Assembly: GCA_000004985.1 (NCBI GenBank)
Contig: GG738928.1
Strand: one strand, 5' to 3'
DNA: 64,000 nt
Source of the DNA: Naegleria gruberi
Taxonomy: Eukaryota
Translations under genes and position numbers: made by a program
Notes under the pieces: generated by a model
The model's database searches: none
Told to the model about the DNA's origin: nothing
The model's input: the letters and a program-made list of their open reading frames with translations, nothing else
Shown: piece after piece, positions 1-10,274 of the stretch
How the letters are laid out: every line of letters begins with the position of its first letter
How positions within the stretch are numbered: the first letter of the stretch is position 1

Positions 1-703
1 TTCCATCTCCATAACCAGCACAAAATTGATTCGGTTCAGTTGCTCCCAACAATCTCCAATTGCAAATATCAACTGGAGAAATTTGAATAAATGTTCTTTT
101 CAATTTCCTACTTGGAGTAGTATCACCATCAGAATCTATTCCCCAACCAGCAATTAATGATGTCGAGTCAATTGGTACTGATGAATTTTCCAAGAAGGAG
201 GTTACAATCCTATTTCTAATGAGTGGAACAGTTTGATCCATTTCAATAATCCCAATATCATTCTTAATACTATGTGAATCAAAATGAGGATGTGAAATAA
301 GTTTGGAGACACCTCTAGAAATGCCATACCTCCTTTCCAATACACTCGTTCCCAACACTAATCTATACCTCGAAATGTCAGAGAACTTGGCCAGACAATG
401 AGCAGCTGTTAAAACATGCCTTGGACTAATCAAAATTCCTCCACAAAAGTGAATTGAGCTTGCCATGTTGTTATTATTGGAATATTGCAAACTGACCATG
501 ATAGGAAATTCTCCCTCCCTAGCATCATCACCTCCTGCAATATTATTCTCTCTAGTGAATCTGATGGTTTGATCCGTGGTGTGTGCTCTTCCGAAATTTA
601 CATCAACAAGCAGAAGAAGAATTAATTTAATAATTAATAATAACAAGAAGTATAAATTGTTATTATGATGATAATAATAACGAATATTACTTCTATTTAT
701 CAT
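1..703 (-). CDS. Trypsin-like (S1 family) serine protease, 3' end runs off the window
   Basis: Reverse translation from the ATG at 703: MINRSNIRYYYHHNNLYFLLLLIIKLILLLLVDV... (signal peptide), then ...IAGGDDAREGEFPIMVSLQY...HFCGGILISPRHVLTAAHC (catalytic-His TAAHC motif), ...NDIGIIE (catalytic-Asp region), ...CAGYGDG at the window edge. The GDSGGP serine motif would lie beyond position 1. Absent from the ORF track because no stop falls inside the window. Confidence 0.75.
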   Translation of the reverse strand, partial: MINRSNIRYYYHHNNNLYFLLLLIIKLILLLLVDVNFGRAHTTDQTIRFTRENNIAGGDDAREGEFPIMVSLQYSNNNNMASSIHFCGGILISPRHVLTAAHCLAKFSDISRYRLVLGTSVLERRYGISRGVSKLISHPHFDSHSIKNDIGIIEMDQTVPLIRNRIVTSFLENSSVPIDSTSLIAGWGIDSDGDTTPSRKLKRTFIQISPVDICNWRLLGATEPNQFCAGYGDG

Positions 704-1038
704 CATCATCATCAATTGACAAATAGATGACGAAGATGATGATGTTCGATGATGGAGAGCCAAGAAACTGCAAAGGCTTTTTTTGTTCTTGTTAATTAAC
801 TATTGTTGTTGTTATTCGTTAGAAATTTGTTGTATCGTATTGAAATGACAACATGTGTTGAAATATTAGCCAATCTTTCCTATGGTCCAACAACAAAACT
901 GTTGCTGCTTGCTGGTTATCATTTGCCAGAAAAACAATTTTTTCTTTTGATTTTTCAACATATTTGTTTGGCGGCAAAATGATGCGCTTTAAAAAACCGT
1001 TATTTAATATCTATTATTTCAAATCACTATGATAAAAA

Positions 1039-1728
1039 ATGAGCAAACGAAAGAGACAAGATTTTCAAAATCATGATCAATTAATTAATTCGGAGGAGGA
1101 AATCTCCACTAACAATAATATAGATACGGAAGAGGAAGCAAAACAGAAAAAATTTGTAAAACTCCAACAAGAAGTATTTTCAGATGATGTTTGTTTTGAA
1201 ATAATTTCCATGATTGATGATTCGTGGTTTATTTTGAATAATTGTTCCTTAATTTCAAAACAATTCTTTAATGTGATCAAGGAACGTTCCAAACTTGTTA
1301 TTAAATTTGACAAAAAATTTACAGAAAAAAGAATTGAATTATTGATGAAAAGTCAATTTATGAATAGTATTGTTAATGTTGAATTTTCTAGAAATTTGCT
1401 TGGCTCTATAGAAACAACCAAATTCATCAGTGAAATGAAGCAATTAGCATCACTTAATATTTCTAACAATGAAATTGGTGATGAAGAAGCCAAACACCTA
1501 GGTGAAATGAAGCAATTAACATCACTTGATATTTCTAACAATCTAATTGGTGATGAAGGACTCAAATTCATAAATGAAATGAAACAACTAACATCACTTG
1601 ATATTTCTAACAATCTAATTGATGATGAAGGACTCAAATATTTAAGTGAAATGAAACAATTAACATCGCTTAATATTTCTAACAACGTAATTAGTGAAGG
1701 AGTTAAATACCTAAGTGAAATGAAATAA
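1039..1728 (+). CDS. F-box-like / leucine-rich-repeat protein with 24-aa LRR units (EMKQLTSLDISNNLIGDEGLKFIN); the ORF is closed by an in-frame TAA inside the repeat array
   Basis: 229-aa ORF. The N-terminal F-box-like motif (VCFEIISMIDDSWFILNNCSLISKQFF) is followed by five or more tandem 72-nt LRR-coding repeats. The stop at 1726-1728 (gaaatgaaaTaattgac) sits where the other repeats read gaaatgaaaCaattaac, and about 1.3 further repeat units continue in frame to 1821. Confidence 0.6.
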   Translation: MSKRKRQDFQNHDQLINSEEEISTNNNIDTEEEAKQKKFVKLQQEVFSDDVCFEIISMIDDSWFILNNCSLISKQFFNVIKERSKLVIKFDKKFTEKRIELLMKSQFMNSIVNVEFSRNLLGSIETTKFISEMKQLASLNISNNEIGDEEAKHLGEMKQLTSLDISNNLIGDEGLKFINEMKQLTSLDISNNLIDDEGLKYLSEMKQLTSLNISNNVISEGVKYLSEMK

Positions 1729-1821
1729 TTGACATCACTTGATATTTCTAACAATCTAATTGATGATGAAGAAGCCAAATACCTAAGCGAAATGAAACAA
1801 TTGACATCACTAGAAAAATAA
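1420..1821 (+). repeat. Tandem 72-bp coding repeats (LRR units), about 5.5 copies
   Basis: Direct nucleotide repeats of atgaaacaattaacatcacttgatatttctaacaatctaattggtgatgaaggactcaaa... with point differences. They also produce the spurious antisense ORF 1353..1778. Confidence 0.8.
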
Positions 1822-2353
1822 TCTGGTTAGAGAAAGTAAGGATGTTGCTCGGAAATGCTGTCTTTTATCATTAACTTTATTTAGCATTGCTTAGATTTTA
1901 AACGAGTTTGAAGAGAAATAACTACCCAAAAAAGTGGAGTATTTTAAGAAATTTAACACTATTGGATTTTTAGATTGTCTTTACACCAATGAAATTAGCA
2001 CTGCATCAACAATTAGTTTCAGGTCAAAAGATAGGTAGGCTCTCTTGATGGACACATAATCTGGGTTACCATTATTCATATAGTCCAACAGTTAAATTAC
2101 TCTTCTTTGTGATAACTGTGGAGACTCAAATCTTTGGTAATACCACAAGCGAATAAAACTCAACAAACGGCTTTGAATGAACTGAAACACTGGTCGAATA
2201 TGGAATTGGATTGTTGAAAGAATTCATCAATTTCACATTTTTCACAATTTCTCCAACCAGCTTTGTTCATGCCAAAATGTTTCAAACAAGTCGAACATCT
2301 TACAATAATACAATTGCAATATGATTATCAAAATAATTATGAGCATTTTATAA

Positions 2354-2635
2354 TCACTCATTGATTTTCAAGATAATATCAAATGCCCACTCCCAAAATT
2401 CAAGCTCTTTTCTGTTTGTGTCTTCATCTTCTTGATCTGCCCAGGTTAAAATGATCAAATCGGAGAATCGAGAGTTGTGTTTTGCTTGTCGTAACAAATT
2501 GAATTGGATTCGCAACTCGTTCCAAAGAAGAATACTTCTTGCAATGTCGGCCTCAAAAAGTGGACGATTCCAGATTGGGATTGGTCTCATTTTTTTCAAA
2601 TTCAAGAAACCTTTCATTGTAACACTCTTTTTCAA
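2354..2635 (-). CDS. Hypothetical small protein (93 aa); a downstream Cys-rich exon is possible
   Basis: ORF MKKSVTMKGFLNLKKMRPIPIWNRPLF...FWEWAFDIILKINE with no recognisable family. Downstream on the minus strand (about 2190-2330) an in-frame Cys-rich stretch (CSTCLKHFGMNKAGWRNCEKCEIDEFF...) could be a further exon through a weak gtgatt donor. Confidence 0.25.
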   Translation of the reverse strand: MKKSVTMKGFLNLKKMRPIPIWNRPLFEADIARSILLWNELRIQFNLLRQAKHNSRFSDLIILTWADQEDEDTNRKELEFWEWAFDIILKINE

Positions 2636-2686
2636 ACAAAGACTCTGAAATAGTTACACAGAATTAAAAAAATTTGGTAAATGTAT

Positions 2687-3646
2687 TTACAGAATTAAAC
2701 AACAAGAGCTTTCTTTTTTCTGTTCCTGTTTCACTGCAGATTGTTCTTTAGCATTCGTAGTATTAGTTGAGCTCTTCTCTTGGACTGGCGCTTGCTTACT
2801 TGGTTCCACTGTAGTTGTTGCTGCAGTACTTGTGCTAACTACTGTATTATTAGTACTATTTGATGTTGGCTTTGCAATTGGTTGTTCACTTGTTGTTGAC
2901 AAGACAACTTGTTCAGATTTTGTTTCCATTTTCAATGGGCTGTATTCCACTATTTTCTTGGCAATCGATGTCACGTGTTTACCATGAGCTTTGGCAATCT
3001 CTTTCTCTGCAGCAGATAACATTCTTTCACCTGCTCCACCAGCAATAGTTCCACTTCCGTAACAAGATCCACCTTCAATTTGGTCAATTGTCATGAGCTC
3101 AGGAATAAATGGAACACCTGCATAGATCATACCATGATGGAGAAGTGGAATCATGGAATTTAATGCAGTAACCTCTTGCCCACCATGTTGTGTTGCAGAG
3201 GATGTAAAGAAAGATCCAACCTTTCCAATTAATTCTCCATTCGTCCAAATCTGACCTGTGGCATCGAGGAAGGTTTTCATTTGAGAAGCCATTGTTCCAA
3301 AACGAGTAGGTGTTCCAAAGATAATGGCATCATATTGAGGTAATTCATCATAACTTGCCTATAGAAATAATTATTTTGAATTTAACACAATTATAATTTT
3401 CAATATTTTCATTTTGTTTTAAAAATCAAAATTAAATATATAACAACTTACAATTGGAATGTGTTCCATTGCTTTTTGAGCATCTAATGCACCCATCTTT
3501 TCCAAAACTTCCTTCGGAAGAGTTTCTGGCACTCTCTTGAGTGTCACTTGAGCATTTTCCACCATGGAAACTCCTTCAGCAATGGCCTCAGCCAATTTAA
3601 AGATGTGAGTATATGTAGAGTAGAAGAGAATTAAAACCTTGACCAT
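2687..3646 (-). CDS. WrbA-type NAD(P)H:quinone oxidoreductase (flavodoxin-like); 2 exons, join(3646..3451, 3357..2687), 93-nt intron
   Basis: Exon 1 is MVKVLILFYSTYTHIFKLAEAIAEGVSMVENAQVTLKRVPETLPKEVLEKMGALDAQKAMEHIPI, with donor GTAAGT at 3450. Exon 2 follows the AG at 3358 and begins ASYDELPQYDAIIFGTPTRFGTMASQMKTFLDATGQIW...GGQEVTALNSMIPLLHHGMIYAGVP...GGSCYGSGTIAGGAGERMLSAAEKEIA. It can be aligned along its length with E. coli WrbA as I recall it. Confidence 0.8.
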
Positions 3647-4052
3647 TTTCCAATATCTGTTATTGTGTTGAATTTCCTTAAATATATTATTAATATTAAG
3701 AGGTAGATGTTGACTCGTTTTTTTACAGCAATATTACCTTTCGAGATTCTTTTGAGAGTTTTTAAGTATTGTGTGTGGATGCAATAGTTGTTCAACTCGT
3801 TTGTGTTGGTGTTGGTGGTCAAATGTTTGAAATGTTTGGAATTTACTAGAGAGGATATTTTAGTCCCGAAAGCATGATAATAAGAACGCACGCTTAATTT
3901 GAGACCACTAGATATGGCTCAATACATTCGTGAGCACAATATGAAGGGTTAGTGCGCACTCAGAATCTGAGATGGAAGAAATTACTAAATTAAATATTAA
4001 GAAACTGTAGTTCAATGGATGACAAGTGTACATGTATTTGAGGTTAAGGAAT

Positions 4053-4631
4053 TTATTCTTCATCTGAATCTTCTTCTTCTTCTTCAGAATCATCTTCACT
4101 TTCTGTCTTTCCTACTAAATCTTCAAATACTTCCTTTGCATGTGTTTCTGGTTTGACACTTCCATAAACCTTGACAATTTTCATGTCCTTTCCAATAACA
4201 TAGGTTATTCTACGTGCTGATTTACTTCCAGCTCTCTTAGATTGAGCATTATACTTTTCCAAAATGTCTCTATCGGCATCAGAAATTAGGGTATGTTTCA
4301 AAGCTGCCTTTTCACAGAAACTCTTGTGACTCTTGACAGAATCTGTAGAAACACCCAATAATTTGATATCATTCTTTTCAAACTTGTCAGAATACTTGCT
4401 GAATGCAATATTTTCCTTCTTGCAACCTGGTGTATTATCCTTAGGATAGAAGAATAGGACCACTGTCTTTTTAATCTCTGAGAGTTTAACAGTTTCTCCA
4501 TCTTGATCCTTTACTTCAAAATCTGGAGCAATAGAATCAACTTCCAACAAGTCAGAATCTGATGTTGTCTTTTTCTTCTTACTCTTGGTTGATGATGTTT
4601 CCGAGTCGGCTTTCTTTCTCTTTCCTGCCAT
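4053..4631 (-). CDS. Bcp/PrxQ-family peroxiredoxin (thiol peroxidase) with basic N-terminal and acidic C-terminal extensions (Dot5-like nuclear peroxiredoxin)
   Basis: The FFYPKDNTPGC active-site motif matches the Bcp consensus FYPKDFTPGCT. The core thioredoxin fold is flanked by a KRKK-rich N-terminus and an EDDSEEEEEDSDEE tail. Confidence 0.75.
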   Translation of the reverse strand: MAGKRKKADSETSSTKSKKKKTTSDSDLLEVDSIAPDFEVKDQDGETVKLSEIKKTVVLFFYPKDNTPGCKKENIAFSKYSDKFEKNDIKLLGVSTDSVKSHKSFCEKAALKHTLISDADRDILEKYNAQSKRAGSKSARRITYVIGKDMKIVKVYGSVKPETHAKEVFEDLVGKTESEDDSEEEEEDSDEE

Positions 4632-5174
4632 CTTTGAATTACTTCTCTGTGAATGATGTTATTGTGAATTTTTTTGTTATTTGATGAAGAATTTATAATT
4701 GAATTAATTTTGGCTCCTTGATGATGATGAAATTATATTAGATAGATTGTTATTACTTGAAGGAATGTAATAGTAATATTGCTATCATCAATTCCATTAT
4801 TATAATAAAAATTAAAACAAAATCTTCCTCTCCATATCATCCACTAATGCCATCAAAATTCCTTCCTCCCACCACACATGTATCTTTCTCCAATGAATCC
4901 AGCAACAAACAAGAAAACTAGCTTGGCAAGCAAATGCCTTCCAAAAAACACCTTCTTTTGTACCTAGTCGCATTTCGGGATTTTTCTTCTTCAATGTCCT
5001 TCATTGTCCTGCAAGCTCCTCCTCCACAACAAAAAAATATTTCGCTTTGTTGTCTCTTGTACAGTACTCACACACACTTGTTTTTAGCCTTTCTCATCAT
5101 CAACTCATTGGCTTGTATCGAGAACAATTTTAGGCTTTTTCATTGAATAATAATAGTAATAATAATATTGGAAA

Positions 5175-8100
5175 ATGAGAACAACACTGAATAAGAATGC
5201 TATCAAACACTCTTCGGCAACACTTGGTGTCTTGATGAAGAAATCATCATCATCTTGTGGAGTGTTTGTAAAGAAGAATGATTTGAATTTTGGAAATAAT
5301 AATTTAATTGATAGTAATATATCAAGAGGGTTAAATAGTAATGTTGCTAGTTTGTACAATGCACAGACAAAGAGAAGAAACATTTCGGAAGAATTGCAAA
5401 AACCTAACACTGTAAATTTGGAACAAGTTCATGATGTCATCAAGAGAAATTTGAATACCAATGAATTGGATTGTATTTTTAAGCCAAAGAGCATTTGTGT
5501 TATTGATGATTTCAATCCTGATGTTCATGCTAGTCCAGTTCCTGTACCTAACGATAGTATTAGTAGTACTTTGGCTAGAAATGTTCTCTGGAATTTAATG
5601 TCTGTGTCACAAGTCAAGGTTTATGCAGTTTCTAAACATGTGGAAAGAGTTGGCAATGAACCAAAAACAAAGAGAAGACCACATTTATTGGGTGTACCAA
5701 TGTATCCATCTCTGAGTGAATTGTCAGCATCTAAATCTACAGAACAAAAGAAATTAGAAATTGATTTGGCTGTCATTTGTTGCCATCAAGTCGAAACCAT
5801 GTTCTATGCTTTGGAGGAGTGTATCAAGAATGGTGTTAAAGGATGTGTCATTATTGGAAGTGTTTACAGCAAATTTTATGAAAAATTCAGTGAAAATGAA
5901 ACAAAGAATATTGAAAAATTCAAGGAAATTGTCAAGGGATCTGACATTAGAGTTATTGGTCCTGGTATGGGTCTTATAACACCTCTTGTAACTCAATCAG
6001 GTCAATATCACGTTGGTGAAATTTACAATAACTTTTTGAATATTACTCCAACAAATAGAAGTTCTGAACTGACTCGTGGTAAAATTGGTGTTGTTTCACA
6101 ATCTGGTGCTTTGGCAACAACCATTCTCGATTGGAGTTTGAAGCAAGGAGTAGGATTGAGTGGTTTTGCCTGTGTTGGTGCTAATCAAACTGATGTTAAC
6201 TTTGCAGATATGGTTGAACATTTTGGTAATGATCCAAATACTCATGCCATCTTGTTGTACATTGAAGATTTGGGAAATAATGAACATATTAAGAGATTTG
6301 CCAGTGCTGCCAGAAGTGTAGCTTTAAAGAAGCCAATTATTGCCATGAAGATGAACACTAACAATAGAGACGAAGACAATTACCTTAATGCCCTCTTTGA
6401 AAGAGTTGGTATTTTAAGAGTTAATTCTATTGAAGAAATGTTTTACATGTCACAGCTTATTGGAAAACAAGCCATTACAAAGGGAAACACCATTACTGTT
6501 ATTTCTAACTCTGGTGGTGCTGCAACACTTGCTGTTGACGCCATCTACCAATCTAACATTACCGAATTGGGAGCTATTTCTAACAAGAGTGCAAAACTTT
6601 TGCAAGAGAGTGGAATTGATGTAGAAGAGGCTTTACTTTCTGGAAAGAAGGCTATTCCTGTAAATATCAGAAACACAGCCACTCCTGAACAATATGTTGC
6701 TGCTTTGGATATTGTATATAACGATCCAAAGACTGACAGCGTTCTTGTCATGTTAACTCCTCAAACAAGAACAGAACCAACAAGAACTGCTCAATTCTTA
6801 CAAAGATATATTGTTGAAAAGACAAAGGAAGGAAAATTATCCAAGCCAATTATGTGCTGTTTTATGGGTGGTAGAGATGTTGAAGCAGGTAGAAGTATCT
6901 TGTTGAGTGCTAACATTCCAGCTTTTGCCTTCCCAGAAATTGCTACCAAAGTATTCCAATACAATTACAGATACTCTAAGAATTTGGAAAATTTATATGA
7001 AGATCCAAGTCTTCTCGACAATGATGATGCCAGCCAAAATGAATCATCAAAACAAAAGGCTAGAGAATACATCAAGTCCTTACTTGAAAAGAATCCAAAC
7101 AAGGAAGCTCTCAATGAATATGAGAGTCAACATCTTCTTTCACTCTATGGTATTGGCGTTCCTCAGACAAGAATTGCTAACTCTGCTGAAGAAGCTGTGG
7201 AAGCTGCCAAACATATTGGATATCCAGTTGTGCTCAAATTGCACAATAGTGATACCACCATTTCCAAGTTAGATTTGGGTGGTGTTCTTTTGAATTTGAT
7301 GGATGAAAAGCAAGTTAAACAAGGTTTCAATTCTATCAAGCAATCAGTTGAAAAGAGTAATGTCAAATTTACTGGAGTTACTGTTCAATCAGATTGTAAG
7401 AAGATTGCTACTGGTAAGAGAGATTCCATTTCATTCGAATTGTATCTAGGATCTGAAGTTGATGAAAAGTTTGGACCAGTTATTTCATTTGGTACAGGTG
7501 GCTCTTTGCATCAAATTTACAAGGATAAGAGTTATGGCATTCCTCCACTTACTGCTCCTTTGGCCTATCAACTTTTGAGAAAGACAAAGATTTCTGATGC
7601 CCTCGTTGAAAGATTCAGAAATAAGCCAGCCATTGATATTGAAGGTTTAAAGTCTTTGCTCGTTCGTTTCAGCAGAATGGTTCTTGATAATAGCGATTTG
7701 ATTAAGGAATTTGAAATTAATCCTCTTCAAGCTCTTGCTACTGACAATGAAAAGTCCTTCACTGCTCTCGACTGCAGACTCACTCTCCACAAACCAAAGG
7801 CCAAGAAGGCTCAAAATGTCATTCGTTCCTACGAAAGAAAGTATGTCACCAACGTTAGTGATGATATCCTTGTTAGACCATCCAAGTTTTCTGATTTTAG
7901 AAAGCTTCTCTCATTCTTTACCAATCTCTCACCAAAGACTTTGGAATCTAGTATTAGAGAGTCAGCTCTTCGTTCACAATGCTCCATTGCTTTCCTCAGT
8001 TTGAAGAATCAATACAATAAGGCCAAGAATCAAGATGCTCCACAACCATTGGATCCATATGCATTGAGTCTTAACACAGATGGAGACTCTAAGGAGATTT

Positions 8101-8477
8101 ACCAAGAATTGGTTCAGTACGTTTCCAGTGACTTTGACAGAGAAGTTGTATTGTTCGCTATCGATAAGAAGAGCAAGTCCATTATCGGCATGGGTGTCTA
8201 CACAATTATGCAACAATCCATTGTTAGTTCAAAGAAGAGAAAGGCCGAACTCCAACTCCTTGTTGGTGAACAAGCTCAAGGAAAGGGTATTGGTAAATAC
8301 CTCTTGGAACAATTAATTCACATTGCCAAACAAGAAGGAAACATTTCACAACTCATTGCCTACACTCACCACTCCAACATTGGTGTTCAAAAGTTGTGTA
8401 CTCGCGCTGGATTTGTTGAGCAAGACAATTCAGAACTTTTTGAACAAGGTGTTCTAGTTTCAACCTTGGATTTGTAA
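5175..8477 (+). CDS. Pat/PatZ-like protein: ADP-forming acyl-CoA synthetase (CoA-binding, CoA-ligase and ATP-grasp subdomains) fused to a C-terminal GNAT acetyltransferase; about 160-aa N-terminal extension that may be a mitochondrial presequence
   Basis: Single 1100-aa ORF. CoA-binding region: ...KSICVIDDF...VYAVS...IDLAVICCHQVETMFYALEECIKNGVKGCVIIGS. Succinyl-CoA-synthetase-like region: GKIGVVSQSGALATTILDWSLKQGVGLSGFACVGANQTDV...ITVISNSGGAATLAVD. ATP-grasp: ESQHLLSLYGIGVPQTRIANSAEEAVEAAKHIGYPVVLKLHN...LGGVLLNL. C-terminal GNAT: ...QLLVGEQAQGKGIGKYLLEQLIHIAKQEG. This domain order is that of bacterial protein-lysine acetyltransferase Pat (NDP-forming acyl-CoA synthetase plus GNAT). Confidence 0.75.
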   Translation: MRTTLNKNAIKHSSATLGVLMKKSSSSCGVFVKKNDLNFGNNNLIDSNISRGLNSNVASLYNAQTKRRNISEELQKPNTVNLEQVHDVIKRNLNTNELDCIFKPKSICVIDDFNPDVHASPVPVPNDSISSTLARNVLWNLMSVSQVKVYAVSKHVERVGNEPKTKRRPHLLGVPMYPSLSELSASKSTEQKKLEIDLAVICCHQVETMFYALEECIKNGVKGCVIIGSVYSKFYEKFSENETKNIEKFKEIVKGSDIRVIGPGMGLITPLVTQSGQYHVGEIYNNFLNITPTNRSSELTRGKIGVVSQSGALATTILDWSLKQGVGLSGFACVGANQTDVNFADMVEHFGNDPNTHAILLYIEDLGNNEHIKRFASAARSVALKKPIIAMKMNTNNRDEDNYLNALFERVGILRVNSIEEMFYMSQLIGKQAITKGNTITVISNSGGAATLAVDAIYQSNITELGAISNKSAKLLQESGIDVEEALLSGKKAIPVNIRNTATPEQYVAALDIVYNDPKTDSVLVMLTPQTRTEPTRTAQFLQRYIVEKTKEGKLSKPIMCCFMGGRDVEAGRSILLSANIPAFAFPEIATKVFQYNYRYSKNLENLYEDPSLLDNDDASQNESSKQKAREYIKSLLEKNPNKEALNEYESQHLLSLYGIGVPQTRIANSAEEAVEAAKHIGYPVVLKLHNSDTTISKLDLGGVLLNLMDEKQVKQGFNSIKQSVEKSNVKFTGVTVQSDCKKIATGKRDSISFELYLGSEVDEKFGPVISFGTGGSLHQIYKDKSYGIPPLTAPLAYQLLRKTKISDALVERFRNKPAIDIEGLKSLLVRFSRMVLDNSDLIKEFEINPLQALATDNEKSFTALDCRLTLHKPKAKKAQNVIRSYERKYVTNVSDDILVRPSKFSDFRKLLSFFTNLSPKTLESSIRESALRSQCSIAFLSLKNQYNKAKNQDAPQPLDPYALSLNTDGDSKEIYQELVQYVSSDFDREVVLFAIDKKSKSIIGMGVYTIMQQSIVSSKKRKAELQLLVGEQAQGKGIGKYLLEQLIHIAKQEGNISQLIAYTHHSNIGVQKLCTRAGFVEQDNSELFEQGVLVSTLDL

Positions 8478-8864
8478 AATAATAAAACCTCACTCTCGAT
8501 AATTCAATGAGTGTTTCAATATTTTGAAATTTGTTACTACCTGCTGCGCTCAATACAAGTTCGAGCTGCCCCTTCCAAATTGCATAACAATATTCGCCAT
8601 ATTTACTAACACACTCTCAATGCCAAACAAGTTCTCCTCAACAATTACCACTACATTACCTAAATAGGTCCAAATTTTGAGAAAAGGCTCCTCAACAACA
8701 TTTATTTCACACCAAACAAAAGAACACAACAAATTGATAGGTTCACCACCTACCGCACCATAACACAGAAATTTTGAAAGAGTGGAAAACCTAATACTTA
8801 TCCCGATTTTAATAATATTCAATTAATTAATTAAATACTAGTGTTAATAAATCAAGGAAGAAGG

Positions 8865-10274
8865 ATGACTTATCACGAAAAGAAAGAAAGCAAAGGAATT
8901 AAATATTCCTTAATAAGCACCATCATGGTAATCATATTCATCATCATGATGGCAATGAACACTTTTGCTTACGGAAAAAAGGAAATATCAACCTCTTCAA
9001 CACCAAATACTAATATTTACTATTCATTATTGAATGAAAATGGTTCGATATCGACTAATGGAACCATAACTCCAAATCCTAGTACAGCAATGGATTGGTT
9101 CTGGGTTATTGTCAAGTCAATTTACTTTAATGCAATCATGAGTGGATTATTTGCAGGTGCTGTTACAATTTTTGTAACTGTAATTATTGAAAGATTTGGA
9201 CCTCAAATTGGAGGAGTTATTGCAACCTTGGTAAGTTTTATATGTGAAATGGTTCCAAAACTAATATATACGAAACAGCCAAGTGCTATCGTTCCAGCTC
9301 TAATTGGATTTGCATTCGATGCCAATAGAAATTATGAAACAGATGAGGAAAATAGAAGACACGTCCTAATTCAACAATTCTTCTCTGTTCCAATTGCTGT
9401 TTTCTGCAATATCACCATGATGGTTGTGTGGAAATATGGTCCAACTTTGTTGAATTGGATTATTTCCAAAATTCACAACAAGAAACAACATGTCAATAAT
9501 AAGGAAACTTTTAATTCTAGTGGACCAGCAGTATCCCTGGAAGATCACTTTAAGGAACATCATGATGATCATTTGGAATTGAAAGAAGTTGATTTGAATC
9601 ATGATAAAGAAAATCTGGTTGACCAAAAAGTGGAAGAAACAAAACCAAACAAGCACGAACTCTTGAAAAAGATTGGAAAGATGCTTATTGTTTGTTTCCT
9701 TTCCTTAATTGCTTGGTTTGTTGTAGCTGCAGTTTTTGTAGTTGTTACAAAAATTGTAAAATTATCGGATGACATTTTGATGGGTGTCAGTATGGGTTTC
9801 TATGGGTTGACCATAATTTCCAGTTTGATTTTCAATTGGAAACAGCCAACTACCAAACCAGGACCAGCCAAGAAAGTTGCTTGGTGGTTACTTTTGAGTA
9901 GAGGCATTTTGGCATGTGTCATTATCTGCATTTCAGTTTTGATGGGTGGCTTGAAATTGACATTTATTTCTGGCATGTTCTCAGTTTTTCCAGTAATCTC
10001 ACTTTCTTCCTTAATTTCCTTATGGTTATCTCAAGGAGAAATCCCAACCTCCAATGCATCTTCAACAATGATGGTTGGCAGTAATAGTTTACCAATTTTT
10101 GCTGCTGTCATGTGTGTTTGTTTGTGGTATATGAATATTGCGTTGGCTTTCTTGGTTGGATATGTTGCTTCTGCGTTGGTTGCTGTGTTGTGTTATGCTT
10201 ATTTGTGGTGGAGAAAGAAAGTTGCTCTCTCTTCTATGGTTGATGAAACGAAACTTGACGAAAGTAAACATTAA
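8865..10274 (+). CDS. Multi-pass transmembrane protein of unknown family (about 10 predicted TM helices)
   Basis: ORF track 8841..10274; the first ATG is at 8865 (MTYHEKKESKGIKYSLISTIMVIIFIIMMAMNTFAYG, signal/anchor). Many hydrophobic segments (WFWVIVKSIYFNAIMSGLFAGAVTIFVTVII; LIVCFLSLIAWFVVAAVFVVV; ...). No recognisable motif. Confidence 0.55.
   Translation: MTYHEKKESKGIKYSLISTIMVIIFIIMMAMNTFAYGKKEISTSSTPNTNIYYSLLNENGSISTNGTITPNPSTAMDWFWVIVKSIYFNAIMSGLFAGAVTIFVTVIIERFGPQIGGVIATLVSFICEMVPKLIYTKQPSAIVPALIGFAFDANRNYETDEENRRHVLIQQFFSVPIAVFCNITMMVVWKYGPTLLNWIISKIHNKKQHVNNKETFNSSGPAVSLEDHFKEHHDDHLELKEVDLNHDKENLVDQKVEETKPNKHELLKKIGKMLIVCFLSLIAWFVVAAVFVVVTKIVKLSDDILMGVSMGFYGLTIISSLIFNWKQPTTKPGPAKKVAWWLLLSRGILACVIICISVLMGGLKLTFISGMFSVFPVISLSSLISLWLSQGEIPTSNASSTMMVGSNSLPIFAAVMCVCLWYMNIALAFLVGYVASALVAVLCYAYLWWRKKVALSSMVDETKLDESKH

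Noticed and set aside
1353-1778. 141-aa minus-strand ORF
   Set aside because: It is the antisense of the tandem LRR repeat array. The repetitive sequence keeps a frame open by chance, and the sense-strand gene carries clear protein motifs.
8550-8822. 90-aa minus ORF in the Pat-like / TM-protein intergenic region
   Set aside because: No motifs, and it lies in an AT-rich intergenic stretch. Probably spurious.
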